Source of the DNA: Puccinia triticina
Taxonomy: Eukaryota
Length of the DNA stretch: 64,000 bases
NCBI GenBank assembly: GCA_026914245.1
Contig: CP110440.1
Location: 434,001 to 498,000 of the forward strand
Direction: 5' to 3'
Below are positions 62,299 to 64,000 of the stretch, piece by piece. Both the position numbers and the translations under genes were made by a program. Position 1 is the first letter of the stretch. Every line of letters starts with the position of its first letter. Under the pieces are notes generated by a model. The model was not told where the DNA came from. It saw nothing but the letters and a program-made list of their open reading frames with translations, and did no database searches.

Positions 62299-64000
62299 TA
62301 GAGATAGTCATTTGGTACCCGCGGCGGGTACACTGCAAGAAAAACTCTAGAAACTGCTTGCAGTTGAGATGCAAGATAAAGATGGCACTTCATACGCGCG
62401 TACTTGCCACGAGTACAAGTACTTGGGCTGAAAATTGCGGATTTCAAACACCCGTACTTGCACCCGCACCCGCAGGGGCAAGTACCCGCGTAAAAGAGGC
62501 AAGTACTCGCAAGTACTTGCACTTTTTTCTCTCAAAAAAAACATGTATTTCATTGTAAGGGCCTAAGTATAAACTAGTCTATCTCAATCCGTGTCATCTG
62601 TGCCTTCTGCTTGTTCTTCCTCTTTAGCTCATTATTTTGTTTTTGCTTCCATTCCCGTAATACACCTCTCTTTATCTTACCATTCTTAGAATAAAAGGCA
62701 ACCGTCATTCCTCTGGTAACTGATGCCGAGTTGAGACGGTGCCTTTTGAAGGTCACATAGTCACGTCCAAAACTGAAAGCGCGCTCAACATCCACAGTTG
62801 TTGCTGTGGGAGAAACAAATGATGTTAGCAACTTAGTTATGACATGATAAAAAGGATAGAAAAACTCACCAGGACAACTGAGCACATCAAGTGCCATCTG
62901 GAGAAGACCTCCATGAGTATTACCCTCGCAACGTTGCTGAATCCACCATTTGAGGGCGTTGACCGGCATTCCTTGATTGTCAAGATGCAACCTACCCGTA
63001 AGCCAAATGTTCAGGGGATCGGATGTAGTGTTTCCTAAACGAGCCTCAGAAGCGCTTCCCAGACCTGCAAGCACACCCATTGGTGCCTTAATCAAAGAAA
63101 TAAATTCATCAGTCAAAGTTTAAAAAGTGAAAACACTGGGATACTCACCTTTCGGGGGATAGGTGGCGGTTCGCTGGTGGAAGTCGGCTGTGGTAATAGT
63201 TTGTAATGTGTTTCCCACATTTGGCGAGTGAGCCGGATGGATTCAACAATCCATTCAGGTTGCCATTTTGCGAGTTTAAAGTATTCGTCTTTAAACGAAG
63301 GGTGTAGAACTAGTAAATTGAGAAAGTCAGCTTCGTTTCATTTCTTGGAGTTGTAGAGAAAAAGATGTACCCATAGCCACTCGGTACAATGGGGAGCAGT
63401 CAGTGAGAGTGTAGTACTTATTAGTTAAATGAAGGCCGGCTCGACATGCATTTCTCAAAGCAGGTGGGTAGTCTTGCTGCTTTTTGGAAATGGCTGTTGA
63501 CAGATGACTGGTTATTTGGTCAATAAACACAACAACATGGGAGATCCGAGCAGCTCCCCGAGTTGAGACTTGGAGTGTGATTTCATAGAAAGGCTGAAGG
63601 ATATCCGCGAGGTCGCCTGCTAAGTCCAGATCGTGCTTGTGAATATGGAATTTACGTGCCGTTCCGTGTCGCTTGTCTTTCTGCCAATCCAGACTTGAGC
63701 ATACATGATGTTAGGAATAGAATTTTCCATGTTGAGTGAGATGGAAAAAACTCACATGGCTGCCGAACATTGGATGATACTTTTCAATTGCCCTAAGGTG
63801 GAGTTCCACCGAGTCCTCACATCTCGCTCGATGTTATGCGGCTTTGCACAATTGTGCTCCTGACAGTATTCCCTGAAAAGGGCCTTCGAGTTTGGTGATT
63901 TGTTCAACTTTTGAGCAATGGCTCGGAACTGTGGTTTTTCAGTAAGGAACAGTTAGTTTTCAGTTGTACTGTAGGTTAGTAACAACAAGCGAGGATCAGT
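62299..64000 (-). mobile_element. hAT transposon 3' part with an intron-containing transposase (stop at 62574); runs off the window
   Basis: DVRTRWNSTL, KYYTLTD, LHPSFK, ALKWW and MALDVLSCP|ATTVDVERAFS (hAT dimerisation domain). Putative terminus tagagatagtca and tacccg subterminal repeats. Confidence 0.9.
62331..62378. mobile_element. Orphan CACTG terminus within the hAT subterminal region
   Basis: cactgcaagaaaaactctagaaactgcttgcagttgagatgca is identical to the 15276 TIR. No partner end is seen. Confidence 0.8.

Overview
Eukaryotic, intron-rich fungal DNA. The gene style and repeat families suggest a rust fungus (Pucciniales, Puccinia-like); this is inferred, not verified. 1-21.3 kb is a stack of nested transposons. 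It centres on a full-length but decayed Ty3/Gypsy chromovirus (3060-12473, 184-bp LTRs) and also holds solo-LTR-like elements, non-autonomous TIR elements and a KDZ (Kyakuja-Dileera-Zisupton) transposase relic. Host genes: coatomer alpha (COP1, -), SDA1 (+), a secreted effector candidate (+), two paralogous amidases in inverted orientation, a hypothetical protein (-), a DM9/DUF3421-like protein (-), GINS PSF1 (+) and an eIF2B/IF-2B-family protein (+). More TE nests lie at 40-43 kb and 46.8-50.4 kb, and a hAT transposase runs off the right edge. Most notable: (i) a 3-bp-TSD TIR family that repeatedly inserts at one fixed position inside its relatives' TIRs and is in turn targeted by 8-bp-TSD foldback elements; (ii) a tRNA-independent self-priming signature and a -1 frameshift signal in the chromovirus; (iii) a splice-acceptor lesion in one amidase paralog. 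All calls were made by eye from motifs, with no database searches. Exon boundaries are manual estimates.
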